A stretch of 64,000 nt of DNA from Pseudomonadota bacterium (GTDB lineage: Bacteria; Pseudomonadota; Alphaproteobacteria; Rhizobiales; JANQQB01), in the NCBI GenBank assembly GCA_038745065.1, contig JBCDLT010000024.1, positions 19,346 through 83,345 on the forward strand. Direction: 5' to 3'. Positions 11,193 through 21,299 of the stretch are shown in pieces. The first letter of the stretch is position 1. Each line of letters begins with the position of its first letter. The translations under genes were made by a program, and so were the position numbers. The notes beneath the pieces were generated by a model. The model was not told the origin of the DNA. It was given only the letters and a program-made list of their open reading frames with translations, and searched no databases.

Positions 11193-11367
11193 GTGTTCTC
11201 CGCGCCGTCCGGTCGGCCGGTGTCCGGCCCGGGTTTCCTGCCGGTCTAAGATCTTCGACGGGACGGACTGACAAAGTCCATGGAAACCCTTTAAGAACCC
11301 TTGCTTTCCCGCCTCACTCCTGCAAAACAACTGGGTCAATACAGGATGTTGTCCCGGACTGTAAAGA

Positions 11368-11511
11368 ATGCCTACTTTGACGCGCCTCGTCGTCATCGTT
11401 GCGGTGACAGTCGGCGTCATTTACGGCGCGCTTTATGCTTTGGCCAATTATGTGGAACCCAACCCGCGCGAGATGATCTTTCGCATCCCGCCGGAACGGT
11501 TGAACCGATGA
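11368..11511 (+). CDS. Small single-TM membrane protein, 47 aa (below ORF track cutoff)
   Basis: Translated by hand: MPTLTRLVVIVAVTVGVIYGALYALANYVEPNPREMIFRIPPERLNR; stop overlaps xerD start (ATGA). Confidence 0.8.
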   Translation: MPTLTRLVVIVAVTVGVIYGALYALANYVEPNPREMIFRIPPERLNR

Positions 11512-12455
11512 GAACCGCGCGCAGCGTCGCCTCTCCCGTCCGCATAGAAACCTTTCTTGAAGTGCTGAGTGCGGAACGCGGTGCGGCGGACAACACGCTG
11601 GATGCCTATCGTCGCGATCTCGACGATCTTGCCTCCTGGCTGCGGACAAACGGCAGCGACCTCGACAGCGCGCAATCCGGGGACCTGGAACGCTATCTTG
11701 CCGGGCTCGCGGCGGAAGGCTTTGCGGCCGCGTCGCAAGCGCGGCGACTTTCGTCGATCCGCCAGTTCTACAAGTTTCTTTACGCAGACGGCGTGCGCAG
11801 CGACGATCCGACCTCGACACTCGACAGCCCGCGCCGCGGCCGCACGCTGCCGAAGACGCTGACAATCGCCGAGGTCGACCGGCTGATCGAATCGGCGCGC
11901 TACAATGCCGGGCTTGAGGGGCGCTCGCCGGCCAAGGCGCTGATGGCGCTCAGGCTCTATACCTGCCTGGAAGTGCTTTATGCGACCGGTCTCAGGGTGT
12001 CGGAACTGGTCGCGCTGCCGCGCCAGGCGGCCAACACGATGGACCCGTACATCACAATTGCCGGCAAGGGCGGGCGCGAACGGCTGGTGCCGCTCAACGA
12101 TCCGGCGCGGGACGCCATGCACACTTATCTGGAACGCCGGGAAGCCTATGGTAGGCATGCCGACAGCAAATGGCTGTTTCCGGCTGCCGGCAAGTCCGGA
12201 CACATGACGCGGCAGGCATTCGCACGGGACCTTAAGGCCCATGCGGTTTCGATTGGTATCGCGCCGGACAAGGTGTCTCCGCATGTGCTGCGGCATGCCT
12301 TTGCAAGCCATATACTGGAGAACGGGGCGGATCTGCGCATCATCCAGCAATTGCTCGGCCATGCCGATATCTCGACCACGCAGATCTACACCCATGTGCT
12401 GGACGAGCGCCTGCACGCGCTGGTCGCCACGCATCATCCGCTTGCCGAAGAATAG
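11508..12455 (+). CDS. xerD: Tyrosine recombinase XerD
   Basis: AERGAADNTLDAYRRDL, LYATGLRVSELV, SPHVLRHAFASH, LLGHADISTTQIYTHV; aroK-xerD-accA context. Confidence 0.93.
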   Translation: MRTARSVASPVRIETFLEVLSAERGAADNTLDAYRRDLDDLASWLRTNGSDLDSAQSGDLERYLAGLAAEGFAAASQARRLSSIRQFYKFLYADGVRSDDPTSTLDSPRRGRTLPKTLTIAEVDRLIESARYNAGLEGRSPAKALMALRLYTCLEVLYATGLRVSELVALPRQAANTMDPYITIAGKGGRERLVPLNDPARDAMHTYLERREAYGRHADSKWLFPAAGKSGHMTRQAFARDLKAHAVSIGIAPDKVSPHVLRHAFASHILENGADLRIIQQLLGHADISTTQIYTHVLDERLHALVATHHPLAEE

Positions 12456-12603
12456 AACCGGCGCAGCGTCCGTGTGGTTAACCATTTTCGCGGATCCGAT
12501 GCGGGGCGCGCAGATCCCGGCATGCGAAGGCTTGCCGTATGAGGCCGCTATCCGATAAACAGCGCACAAACTCCGGGCCCTCGGGCCGCAAACGGGAAAC
12601 GGA

Positions 12604-13557
12604 ATGCACGCCTATCTGGAATTCGAAAAACCGGTTGCCGACCTGGAAGGCAAGGTCCAGGAATTGCGGACGCTTGCCGATCAGGGCGAAGCCGTCGACG
12701 TGGCCGACGAAATCGAGCGCCTGGAAACCAAGGCGGCGCAGGCGCTGAGCGAACTCTACGCCAAGCTCACACCCTGGCACAAAACGCTGGTCGCGCGGCA
12801 TCCGGACCGGCCGCATGTGAGCGATTACCTGAACGGTCTATTCACGGATTTCACGCCGCTTGCCGGCGATCGGGCCTTCGGCGAGGATTCGGCCATCCTC
12901 GGCGGACTGGCCCGTTTCGACGGGCGGCCGGTCGCGGTATTCGGACACGAAAAGGGCACCGACACACAAACCCGCATCAAGCACAATTTCGGCATGGCGC
13001 GGCCCGAGGGCTACCGCAAGGCGATCCGCATCATGGACCTGGCGGAGCGGTTCGGCCTGCCGGTCATATCGCTGGTCGATACGGCCGGAGCCTATCCGGG
13101 CGTCGGTGCGGAAGAGCGCGGCCAGGCCGAGGCCATTGCGCGGTCGACAGAAGCCTGTCTCGGGCTTGGCGTGCCCAACATCGCCCTGATCATCGGCGAA
13201 GGCGGATCGGGCGGTGCGATTGCCATTGCAACGGCCAACAAGGTCCTGATGCTCGAACACGCGATCTACAGCGTCATCTCGCCGGAAGGTGCGGCCTCGA
13301 TCCTTTGGCGGGATTCGGCGCGCGCACAGGACGCCGCAACGAACATGAAGATCACGGCCCAGGACATGCTGCGTTTCGGTGTCGTCGATGCGATCGTGCC
13401 GGAGCCGACCGGCGGTGCGCATCGGCAACCGGACGCCGTGATCGCCAGCGCCGGCGAGGCGATCCGCGAGGCGCTGGAGGCGCTGGAGGGATTGGACGCG
13501 GATGCGATCCGCGAAGACCGGGCCAACAAGTTTCTGGCCATCGGCCGAATGGTATGA
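12604..13557 (+). CDS. accA: Acetyl-CoA carboxylase carboxyltransferase alpha subunit
   Basis: [37 protein letters not shown]. Confidence 0.98.
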   Translation: MHAYLEFEKPVADLEGKVQELRTLADQGEAVDVADEIERLETKAAQALSELYAKLTPWHKTLVARHPDRPHVSDYLNGLFTDFTPLAGDRAFGEDSAILGGLARFDGRPVAVFGHEKGTDTQTRIKHNFGMARPEGYRKAIRIMDLAERFGLPVISLVDTAGAYPGVGAEERGQAEAIARSTEACLGLGVPNIALIIGEGGSGGAIAIATANKVLMLEHAIYSVISPEGAASILWRDSARAQDAATNMKITAQDMLRFGVVDAIVPEPTGGAHRQPDAVIASAGEAIREALEALEGLDADAIREDRANKFLAIGRMV

Positions 13558-13754
13558 TGGGATCGGATCTTGTGATGCTTTATGTCCGGACTGCACACGA
13601 AGCCGTGAAATGCGCGGCTCTTGCGCGTAATGCGCATCGAATTTAACGGTTGGGTAATCCTTCGCCCGCGATATGGACGGGCAGACCTTCTGGGTCGCGG
13701 CGGCGCGCGTATCGGCGCCGGACGACGGATCGGTTAGGGACGGATCGGTTGAGC

Positions 13755-14882
13755 ATGTCGAAAAAACCCCTTCGCGCGGCACTTCTGGCCGCGACTGCGC
13801 TTGTCCTGGTCGCGTGCCAGGCGGACGAATTCGTGGGTGACCGCAAACACCTGCGACCGCTTTCGTATTCCGCGCAATCCCGGCTGAGCGATCTCGGCAT
13901 GGAGAAAAACGCGCCGATCATGATGCGGATCTACAAGCAGGAAGGCGAGCTTGAGATCTGGAAACAGGCGCGCTCCGGCTCTTATGAATTGTTCAAGACC
14001 TATGAGATCTGTCGCTGGTCCGGCGAACTCGGGCCGAAATTCGCCGAAGGCGACCGGCAAGCACCCGAAGGCTTTTACGAAGTCACGCCGGCGCAGATGA
14101 ATCCGAATTCGAAGTATTACCTGTCGTTCAATCTGGGTTTTCCGAATGCCTTCGACCGGTCTCACGACCGGACCGGCAGCCATCTGATGGTGCACGGTGC
14201 CTGCTCGTCGGCCGGGTGTTACGCCATGACCGACGAACAGATGCAGGAAATCTATTCGATGGCCCGCGAGGCCTTCAGCGGCGGACAGAAATCCTTCCAG
14301 GTACAGGCGTTCCCCTTCCGCATGACGGCGGAAAACTTCGTCAAACATCGCGACAACGAACACATGCCCTTCTGGACGATGCTGAAAGAAGGACACGATC
14401 ACTTTGAAGCGGTCAAACAGCCGCCGCGGCTGGATGTCTGCGAACGCCGCTATGTGTTCAATGGAAAGCCCGATAACGATCGCGACCGTTTCCGGGCGCG
14501 CGAGGAGTGCCCGACCTATTCGGTTCCCGAATTCGTCGCCAAGGACGTCGCCGAGCGGCGCGCTGCCCATGAGACGGAAGTGGCGGCCTTGCTGCAGAAG
14601 ATCAAGGACCGGCAGGAACGCGCCGAGAAATGGGAAGAGCGCAGCAAGAAAGTCGCGGATCTGCTTGATTTCAGCGATGACGACCGGCCCGACGGGTCGG
14701 TCGCGACGGCAGCCGGCGAGGCAACGACCGGTACCGTGTCCGAAGGAACGCCGATACCGGTTCCCGCACCCGGACGGACGGCAATCGCCGACGCGACAGG
14801 TTCGGACTCCGGAGGCGTGTTCAACCGCCTGACCCGCTTCGTGCCCGGTTTCGGCGGCGAACAGGGATCGCGGGAAGACTGA
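13755..14882 (+). CDS. YkuD-fold murein L,D-transpeptidase family lipoprotein (YafK-like)
   Basis: Lipobox LVAC, EGDRQAPEGFY, catalytic HGACSSAGC. Confidence 0.9.
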   Translation: MSKKPLRAALLAATALVLVACQADEFVGDRKHLRPLSYSAQSRLSDLGMEKNAPIMMRIYKQEGELEIWKQARSGSYELFKTYEICRWSGELGPKFAEGDRQAPEGFYEVTPAQMNPNSKYYLSFNLGFPNAFDRSHDRTGSHLMVHGACSSAGCYAMTDEQMQEIYSMAREAFSGGQKSFQVQAFPFRMTAENFVKHRDNEHMPFWTMLKEGHDHFEAVKQPPRLDVCERRYVFNGKPDNDRDRFRAREECPTYSVPEFVAKDVAERRAAHETEVAALLQKIKDRQERAEKWEERSKKVADLLDFSDDDRPDGSVATAAGEATTGTVSEGTPIPVPAPGRTAIADATGSDSGGVFNRLTRFVPGFGGEQGSRED

Positions 14883-14929
14883 ACCCTCTGCTGCAGAACG
14901 CTGGCCGGCAGGCCGGCGACGTCACGGCT

Positions 14930-16705
14930 TCACAACGGCCAGAACACCAGGATCGCCGGAACAGCGACGGCGATCACGATGATCTCCAGCGGCAATCCCA
15001 TCCGCCAGTAATCACCGAACCGGTATCCGCCCGGCCCCATGATGAGCGTGTTGTTCTTGTGGCCGATCGGCGTCAGAAAGGCGCAGGACGCGGCGACCGC
15101 GACGGCCATCAGGAACGGGTCGGGGCTGACGTTCAATTGGCGGGCAATGTCGACGGCAATCGGCGCCGCGATGACGGCCGTGGCCGTGTTGTTCAAAACG
15201 TCCGAAAGGGTCATGGTCACCACCATCAGCACCAGAAGCACAGCATAGGCCGGCAGGCCGTCGGTTATCCCGACGATCCCGCCGGCAATCAATTGTGTCC
15301 CGCCGGAGGTCTCCAGCGCGGCGCCGAGCGGAATCATCGATCCGAGCAGCACGACGACAGGCCATTCGACCTGATTGTAGACCTCGCGCAGCGGCACGAC
15401 ATTGAAGATGACATAGAGCGCCGTGACCGCGGCAAGCGCGACCGGCAGATCGATCATGTTGAAACTGGCTGCCGCGATCGCCAGGCCGAACAGTCCGATG
15501 GCCGGCCAGGCCTTGTTATATTGCGTCACACCGAGCCCGCGCGAGGCGAGCGGCAGCAATTGCAGCCACGTGATGACCGCCTGGATGCGGGTTTGGGTGC
15601 CCAGCAGCAAAAGCACATCGCCCGGTTCGACGGTGAGGCGCCGGACCCGTTCGTAGAATTGCCGGCCCTGGCGGGACACGCCCAGCAACGTCACGCCGTG
15701 CTGGCGCAGCAATTGCATCGATAGTGCCGAGCGGCCGACGATCAGGCTGTCGCGCTGGGCGACGACTTCAGAGACGACGAGGTCGCTGTCCTGGGCAACG
15801 GCCGGATGGTTTTCGCCCGCATAGGCAAGCTTGAACGACCCCTTAAGGCGATCGATTTCGCTCGGCGGGGCCTCGACGATGAGCGCATCGCCCGGCCTGA
15901 TCGTGGCGTAGCGGGCGCGACCGGGCAGCCGCCGCTTGCCGCGGACAAGTCCGAGATAGGCAACGTCCTCTTCCACGGTTTCGTTGTACAGGTCCTCGAT
16001 CGTGCGCCCGACGACCGGTGAATCTTCGGAGACGATCAGTTCGGCTATGTAATGCTGCAGGTCGAAGAAAGTGTCGCCGGCGGCTTCCTCGTCGTCTGCT
16101 ACCGGCAGCAACCGCCAGCCGATCAGGGCGACAAACGCGATGCCGGCGACGGCGCAGACGGCGCCGACCGGAAAGAAGTCGAACATCTGAAAAGAGCCGC
16201 CGAGCGCTGTTTCGCGGTATTTTGCAATGATGATGTTGGGCGGTGTGCCGATCAGGGTGACGAGACCGCCGAGGATGGTGGCAAAGGCCAGGGGCATCAG
16301 AGTGACACCGGCGGCGCGGCCGGCGCGCTTGGCGGCCTGCAGGTCGACCGGCATCAAAAGAGCGAGTGCCGCGACGTTGTTCATAAACGCCGACAGCACG
16401 CCGCCGACGCCGCCCATAATCGTAATGTGGGTGCCGATGCCGCGCGCCGAATCGATCAGGTTGCGGGTGATCATGTCGACGGCCCCCGAATTGATAAGGC
16501 CCCGTGAGATGATCAGGACGAGCGCGACAATGACTGTCGCAGGATGGCCGAAACCGGAAAATGCCTGCGCCTGCGGCACGACGCCGAGGCATAGACCGAT
16601 GATCAACGCGCAAAACGCGACCAGGTCGTAACGCCAGCGGCCCCACAACAGCATCGCAAACACGCCGCCGAACAGGGAAAACAGGATGATCTGCTCTGTC
16701 GACAC
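14930..16705 (-). CDS. SLC13/DASS family permease with TrkA-C domains
   Basis: LSAFMNNVAA, TLIGTPPNII, FLTPIGHKNNTLIMGPGGYRFGDY. Confidence 0.9.
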   Translation of the reverse strand: MSTEQIILFSLFGGVFAMLLWGRWRYDLVAFCALIIGLCLGVVPQAQAFSGFGHPATVIVALVLIISRGLINSGAVDMITRNLIDSARGIGTHITIMGGVGGVLSAFMNNVAALALLMPVDLQAAKRAGRAAGVTLMPLAFATILGGLVTLIGTPPNIIIAKYRETALGGSFQMFDFFPVGAVCAVAGIAFVALIGWRLLPVADDEEAAGDTFFDLQHYIAELIVSEDSPVVGRTIEDLYNETVEEDVAYLGLVRGKRRLPGRARYATIRPGDALIVEAPPSEIDRLKGSFKLAYAGENHPAVAQDSDLVVSEVVAQRDSLIVGRSALSMQLLRQHGVTLLGVSRQGRQFYERVRRLTVEPGDVLLLLGTQTRIQAVITWLQLLPLASRGLGVTQYNKAWPAIGLFGLAIAAASFNMIDLPVALAAVTALYVIFNVVPLREVYNQVEWPVVVLLGSMIPLGAALETSGGTQLIAGGIVGITDGLPAYAVLLVLMVVTMTLSDVLNNTATAVIAAPIAVDIARQLNVSPDPFLMAVAVAASCAFLTPIGHKNNTLIMGPGGYRFGDYWRMGLPLEIIVIAVAVPAILVFWPL

Positions 16706-16880
16706 CGGACCGCGCTCCCTCGGATGGCATGCCGCGCCGCCCGAGGATCGGGGCGGCGGGACGGCCCGGCGCCGGAACTCGGCGCAAGGCGGGTTAACGC
16801 AGCGTAAAGCGCCGACGGCCCCTATTCAATGCGGGCGCGCACATGTCCTTGAATGTCCGGGGCCCCGACGAAAAGAGGTA

Positions 16881-18119
16881 TCAGATCGGCTCTCCGAGCA
16901 TCAGCTTCGGTGTCTGGCCGGTAATGCCGGCCGCTTCCCTGATGAAAGCGGATTTCAGGGACGGCATGCGGTCCACCAGTCCGAGGCCCAGGTCGCGGAT
17001 GCCGCGCAGAAGGCGATTGTCGTTGGAGAACAGGCGGTTGAGGCTGTCGGTGACGGCGCCCATCTGCCAGGTGTCGAAGCGACGCCATTGCTGATAACGC
17101 TGCAGCACGTCCGGTCCGGCGATGTCGAGCCCGAGACGCCGCGCCTCGATCACGACTTCAGTCAGGGCGGCGACGTCGCGAAAGCCCATGTTCAGGCCCT
17201 GTCCGGCGATCGGATGGATGCCGTGTGCCGCGTCGCCTGCCAGCGCAAAGCGCGGCCGCACGAATTCGCGCACCAGCATGAGGCCGAGCGGATAGGCCTG
17301 ACGCGGACCGGCAAGCGAGAACCGGCCGAGATGAAAGCCGGTTCGGCTCTCCAATTCCATCAGGAACAATTCTTCGTCCTCGGCGATCAGACGATCCGCG
17401 CGCTGCGGGTTTTCGGTCCAGACCAGCGACGACCGGTTTCCGGTGAGCGGCAGAAGGGCAAGCGGCCCGGCCGGCAGGAAATGCTCTTCGGCGCGGCCGT
17501 GATGCGGCTCGGTGTGGGCAAGGGTCGTGACGATGGCCTTTTGACGGTATTGCCAGGACACCGTCCTGATGCCGGCCTGTTCCCGGAGACCGGATCGCAC
17601 GCCGTCGGCGGCGACGAGCAGATCGGCGTTCACGCTGCCCTGGTCGTCGGAGAGCGCGACCTGCATGCCGGCACCGGTTTCTTCGAACCCGGTGATGCGG
17701 CACGGTGCCTTCAGCCTGACGCCAAGGGCTTCGGCCCGGTCCTGAAGCGTGGCGACCAGGTGCGCATTCGGCACCATGTGCGCAAACGGCTCGCCCGGTT
17801 CGATTTCGCCGTCGAAGGAGAGAAAGACCGGTCGAACGGCATCGCCCGTGCGGCTGTCAGTGACGATCATGTCCCGGATCGGCTGAGCCTGGTCGGCCAG
17901 ATCGTCGAATACGCCAAGCACGGTCAAAAGCCGGCGGGCGGACGCGGCGATTGCCGAGGCTCTTTCATCGCCCTTGCCGGGTGCTGGCTTGCCGGCCCGG
18001 GCATCGACCACCATGATCTCCAGATCCGGATCGGACTGTTTGAGCGCGACGGCGAGCGACAGGCCGACATAGCCGCCGCCGCCGATGAGAACATTCATGT
18101 CGTTGCCTTTTTCGGGCAT
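16881..18119 (-). CDS. UbiH/UbiF/VisC family FAD-dependent ubiquinone biosynthesis hydroxylase
   Basis: GGGYVG Rossmann motif, AADGVRS, GDAAHGIHPIAGQGLNMGFRD; start uncertain. Confidence 0.92.
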   Translation of the reverse strand: MPEKGNDMNVLIGGGGYVGLSLAVALKQSDPDLEIMVVDARAGKPAPGKGDERASAIAASARRLLTVLGVFDDLADQAQPIRDMIVTDSRTGDAVRPVFLSFDGEIEPGEPFAHMVPNAHLVATLQDRAEALGVRLKAPCRITGFEETGAGMQVALSDDQGSVNADLLVAADGVRSGLREQAGIRTVSWQYRQKAIVTTLAHTEPHHGRAEEHFLPAGPLALLPLTGNRSSLVWTENPQRADRLIAEDEELFLMELESRTGFHLGRFSLAGPRQAYPLGLMLVREFVRPRFALAGDAAHGIHPIAGQGLNMGFRDVAALTEVVIEARRLGLDIAGPDVLQRYQQWRRFDTWQMGAVTDSLNRLFSNDNRLLRGIRDLGLGLVDRMPSLKSAFIREAAGITGQTPKLMLGEPI

Positions 18120-18277
18120 GAGCTTTTCATCCTTGCAGGCCGATCGGAGCCGGATCACATCCGGGACCGGAAGACCCGGCTTTCAATTCCATGATTGCGC
18201 GTCGAACGGCATCCGGCCTAACTACACGCGTCTTGCTCTTGACGCTCTTTCTTCGCCGTTCTTTCCGGGAGTTCCGC

Positions 18278-19138
18278 ATGAGCGAAGCCGTCGACCGCCT
18301 CCTTACCACTCTCGACCTTGAGCCGCTCGAGCACAACCTGTTTCGTGGCCGCAGCCCTCAGGTCGGCTGGCAGCGGGTTTTTGGCGGCCAGGTCGTCGGT
18401 CAGGCGCTGGTTGCGGCAAGCCGCACGGTGACGGATCGGGCCGTACATTCGCTGCACGGCTATTTCATGCGGCCCGGAGATCCGGCCGTTCCGATTGTCT
18501 ACGAGGTGGACCGGATTCGCGACGGGCGCAGTTTCGCGACCCGGCGCGTCGTGGCGATCCAGCACGGCCAGGCGATCTTTTCCATGTCGGCATCCTACCA
18601 GGTGCCGGAAACGGCGCTCGATCATCAGATATCGGCGCCCGACGTGCCGGCGCCGGAAGACCTGCCGAGCGAAAAGGAATTGCGCGACCGCTTTATCGAT
18701 GTAGCGCCGGAAAATGTGCGTCGCTATTGGGAGCGCGAACGTCCGATCGAGATGCGGCCGCTGACGATGAAACACTATTTCACGCGCGAAAAACTCGATC
18801 CGGTGCAAAACGTCTGGATCCGAACGACCGGACCCTTGCCAGACGACGCGGACATCCATCATTGCGTGCTCGCCTACGCGTCGGACATGACGCTTCTGGA
18901 CACCGCCCTGTTCGCGCATGGCCGTTCGGTCTTCGACAAGGATCTGCAACTGGCCAGCCTCGACCACGCCATGTGGTTTCACCGGCCCTTCCGGGCCGAC
19001 GACTGGCTTTTGTACAGCCAGGACAGTCCGAACACGTCCGGCGCGCGGGGGTTCACGCGCGGCTCCATCTACGATCGCGCCGGCCGGCTCGTGGCATCCG
19101 TTGCCCAGGAAGGGTTGATTCGTCTGCGGGACGATTGA
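18278..19138 (+). CDS. tesB: Acyl-CoA thioesterase II
   Basis: RVFGGQVVGQAL, HSLHGYF, RDGRSFATRRV, ASLDHAMWFHRP. Confidence 0.96.
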   Translation: MSEAVDRLLTTLDLEPLEHNLFRGRSPQVGWQRVFGGQVVGQALVAASRTVTDRAVHSLHGYFMRPGDPAVPIVYEVDRIRDGRSFATRRVVAIQHGQAIFSMSASYQVPETALDHQISAPDVPAPEDLPSEKELRDRFIDVAPENVRRYWERERPIEMRPLTMKHYFTREKLDPVQNVWIRTTGPLPDDADIHHCVLAYASDMTLLDTALFAHGRSVFDKDLQLASLDHAMWFHRPFRADDWLLYSQDSPNTSGARGFTRGSIYDRAGRLVASVAQEGLIRLRDD

Positions 19139-19176
19139 ATCGCCGACGCGGCGATTGTGCACTGCAGCAAGTAATT

Positions 19177-19243
19177 TGATGAAAATTTAGGCAAGCGCTT
19201 CTGAATTGGGCAAATCAGGCGCCGGTCGCCCCTGATTTGAGCA
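19177..19243. promoter_or_regulatory. Three NtrC-like 17-bp sites
   Basis: TGATGAAAATTTAGGCA (19177-19193), CGCTTCTGAATTGGGCA (19196-19212), CGCCCCTGATTTGAGCA (19227-19243) resemble TGC-N11-GCA; upstream of sigma54-like promoter of amt. Confidence 0.6.
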
Positions 19244-19286
19244 GGTGACCGTTCTGGAATCCGCCAAAACCCTCGGATTTTCGGGT

Positions 19287-19303
19287 TTGGCACAGTCTTT
19301 GAT
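19287..19303 (+). promoter_or_regulatory. Sigma54-like promoter of amt (GG-N10-GA variant)
   Basis: TTGGCACAGTCTTTGAT vs consensus YTGGCACG-N4-TTGCW. Confidence 0.65.
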
Positions 19304-19444
19304 GGGACTCCTCCCGATTTTGGCCCCGTTGTCTGGCGGCCGTCGATAACCGTTCGCATCAACGCGGCTCCCAGGGGCAACAGGACGGCGACACGCCAGG
19401 CAGACGACCGGCCGATGTCGAGCCATACAATGGGGAGTAATGGA

Positions 19445-20764
19445 ATGAGATTGTTATCCTTAGGATTGGGCGCCGCCGCGCTTGTCGGCCTTGCCGCCGC
19501 AGGGCCTGCGCTCGCGCAGGACACGCCGGAATTCGCCGCAGCGGCCGATACCGCCTTCATCCTCAACACGACATTGTTTCTGGTCGCCGGATTCCTGGTC
19601 ATGTTCATGGCCGCTGGCTTCTGCATGCTGGAAGCCGGGCTGGTGCGTTCAAAAAACGTGTCGATGCAATGCCTTAAGAATATCGGCCTGTATTCCGTCG
19701 CCGGTATCATGTTCTGGCTGGTCGGCTACAATCTCATGTATGAAGGCGTGAACGGCGGCTATTTCGGAACACCGCTACCGAAGGCCATCCCGGCACCGGA
19801 CGCCGATTCGGGCGATTACGCGGCCGCCTCCGACTGGTTCTTCCAGATGGTGTTCTGTGCGGCAACGGCTTCGATCGTCTCCGGGGCGCTCGCGGAACGC
19901 ATCAGACTGTGGCCGTTCCTTATCTTCACGGCGGTGCTGACCGGCATCTTCTACCCGATCTCCGGCTCCTGGCAGTGGGGCGCCGGCTGGCTCAGCGAAA
20001 TGGGCTTCTCCGATTTTGCCGGGTCGACGATCGTGCACTCGGTGGGCGGCTGGGCCGCGCTTGCGGGCGCCATCATTCTCGGGGCACGGACCGGCAAGTA
20101 CGGCAAGGGCGGTGAAGTGCACCCGATGCCCGGCTCCTCGATCCCCCTTGCGACGCTTGGCACGTTCATCCTGTGGCTCGGCTGGTTCGGCTTTAACGGC
20201 GGATCGCAACTGGCGCTCGGCACGATCAGCGACGCCTCTTCAGTCGCCAAGATCTTCGTGAACACGAATACGGCCGCAGCCGCGGGCGTGCTGACCGCGA
20301 TGATCCTGACGCAGGTCATCTACAAGAAGGTCGACGTGACAATGGCGCTGAACGGTGCGCTGGGCGGTCTCGTTGCGATCACCGCCGAGCCGCTGGCGCC
20401 GTCGGTCTTCCTGGCGATCATCATCGGCGGTGTCGGTGGCGCGCTCGTCGTGTTCTCCGTGCCGCTGCTCGACCGCTTCAAGATCGACGACGTGGTCGGC
20501 GCCATCCCGGTGCACCTGGTCTGCGGCATCTGGGGCACACTGATCGTTCCGCTGTCGAACAGCGATGCAGAATGGGGGACCCAGATCCTTGGCATCGCCG
20601 CCTACGGCGTCTTCACGTTCGTCGCGTCGGGCATTCTCTGGTTCGCGCTCAAGAGCACGATCGGGATCCGGGTGTCGGACGAAGAGGAATCGCTCGGTCT
20701 CGACAAGGTCGAGGTCGGTGTCGAAGCCTATCCGGAGTTCGGCCAGGGCAGCGCCCGCCTGTAA
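19445..20764 (+). CDS. amtB: Ammonium transporter (Amt family)
   Basis: DFAGSTIVHSVGG, LWLGWFGFNGGS, DDVVGAIPVH (twin-His pair); GGGGAG RBS before ATG 19445. Confidence 0.96.
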   Translation: MRLLSLGLGAAALVGLAAAGPALAQDTPEFAAAADTAFILNTTLFLVAGFLVMFMAAGFCMLEAGLVRSKNVSMQCLKNIGLYSVAGIMFWLVGYNLMYEGVNGGYFGTPLPKAIPAPDADSGDYAAASDWFFQMVFCAATASIVSGALAERIRLWPFLIFTAVLTGIFYPISGSWQWGAGWLSEMGFSDFAGSTIVHSVGGWAALAGAIILGARTGKYGKGGEVHPMPGSSIPLATLGTFILWLGWFGFNGGSQLALGTISDASSVAKIFVNTNTAAAAGVLTAMILTQVIYKKVDVTMALNGALGGLVAITAEPLAPSVFLAIIIGGVGGALVVFSVPLLDRFKIDDVVGAIPVHLVCGIWGTLIVPLSNSDAEWGTQILGIAAYGVFTFVASGILWFALKSTIGIRVSDEEESLGLDKVEVGVEAYPEFGQGSARL

Positions 20765-20870
20765 ATCAACCGGTCACCGTCGCTCGCGCGACGGTGACCC
20801 TTCGCCGTCCGGGCCATTCCGGTTCGGTGTCTATGCCCAAAGCGGTCGGGCTGTGACGACCGCTTACTTG

Positions 20871-20900
20871 AAACCCGGCAGTGCGCTGCCGGGTTTTTTT
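20871..20900 (+). terminator. Rho-independent terminator after amt
   Basis: AAACCCGGCAG-TGCG-CTGCCGGGTTTTTTT. Confidence 0.85.
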
Positions 20901-21299
20901 GTCGAGCGTCGCCAACCGGTGTTGCGGAATCGCAACGATCGCATCCAATCTGACATGAGAAATGCGCCGCTTCGACGTGCCGGTGCATAAACATCAGATC
21001 CGGATCGCATAGATCCCGGACTTTCCAGTCGAGAGCAAGAGCGGCAATTACCTTATATACTTCCTGTGCTTAGGGAAAACGCTCCAATATCGTTTTGTTC
21101 GGGATGACCGTGTATTGAATAGTCGAAGGCCTGCATTCTATTTTTTAGAGCTGTGTGAGAATTATAACTGTTGCTAGAAAACCTGTTGATTACACGAGTT
21201 GGCGTATTGTTTGTGACCGACCATTTTCTTATCGATGAATCGGGTATCGATTCGATTTGTTGATGCTCGCTGTCATTCTCTATTCGACAGCGTGGCGGA

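Noticed and set aside
11508-12455. Tyrosine recombinase as phage/ICE integrase
   Set aside because: XerD-specific motifs and housekeeping aroK-accA context; no mobile cargo
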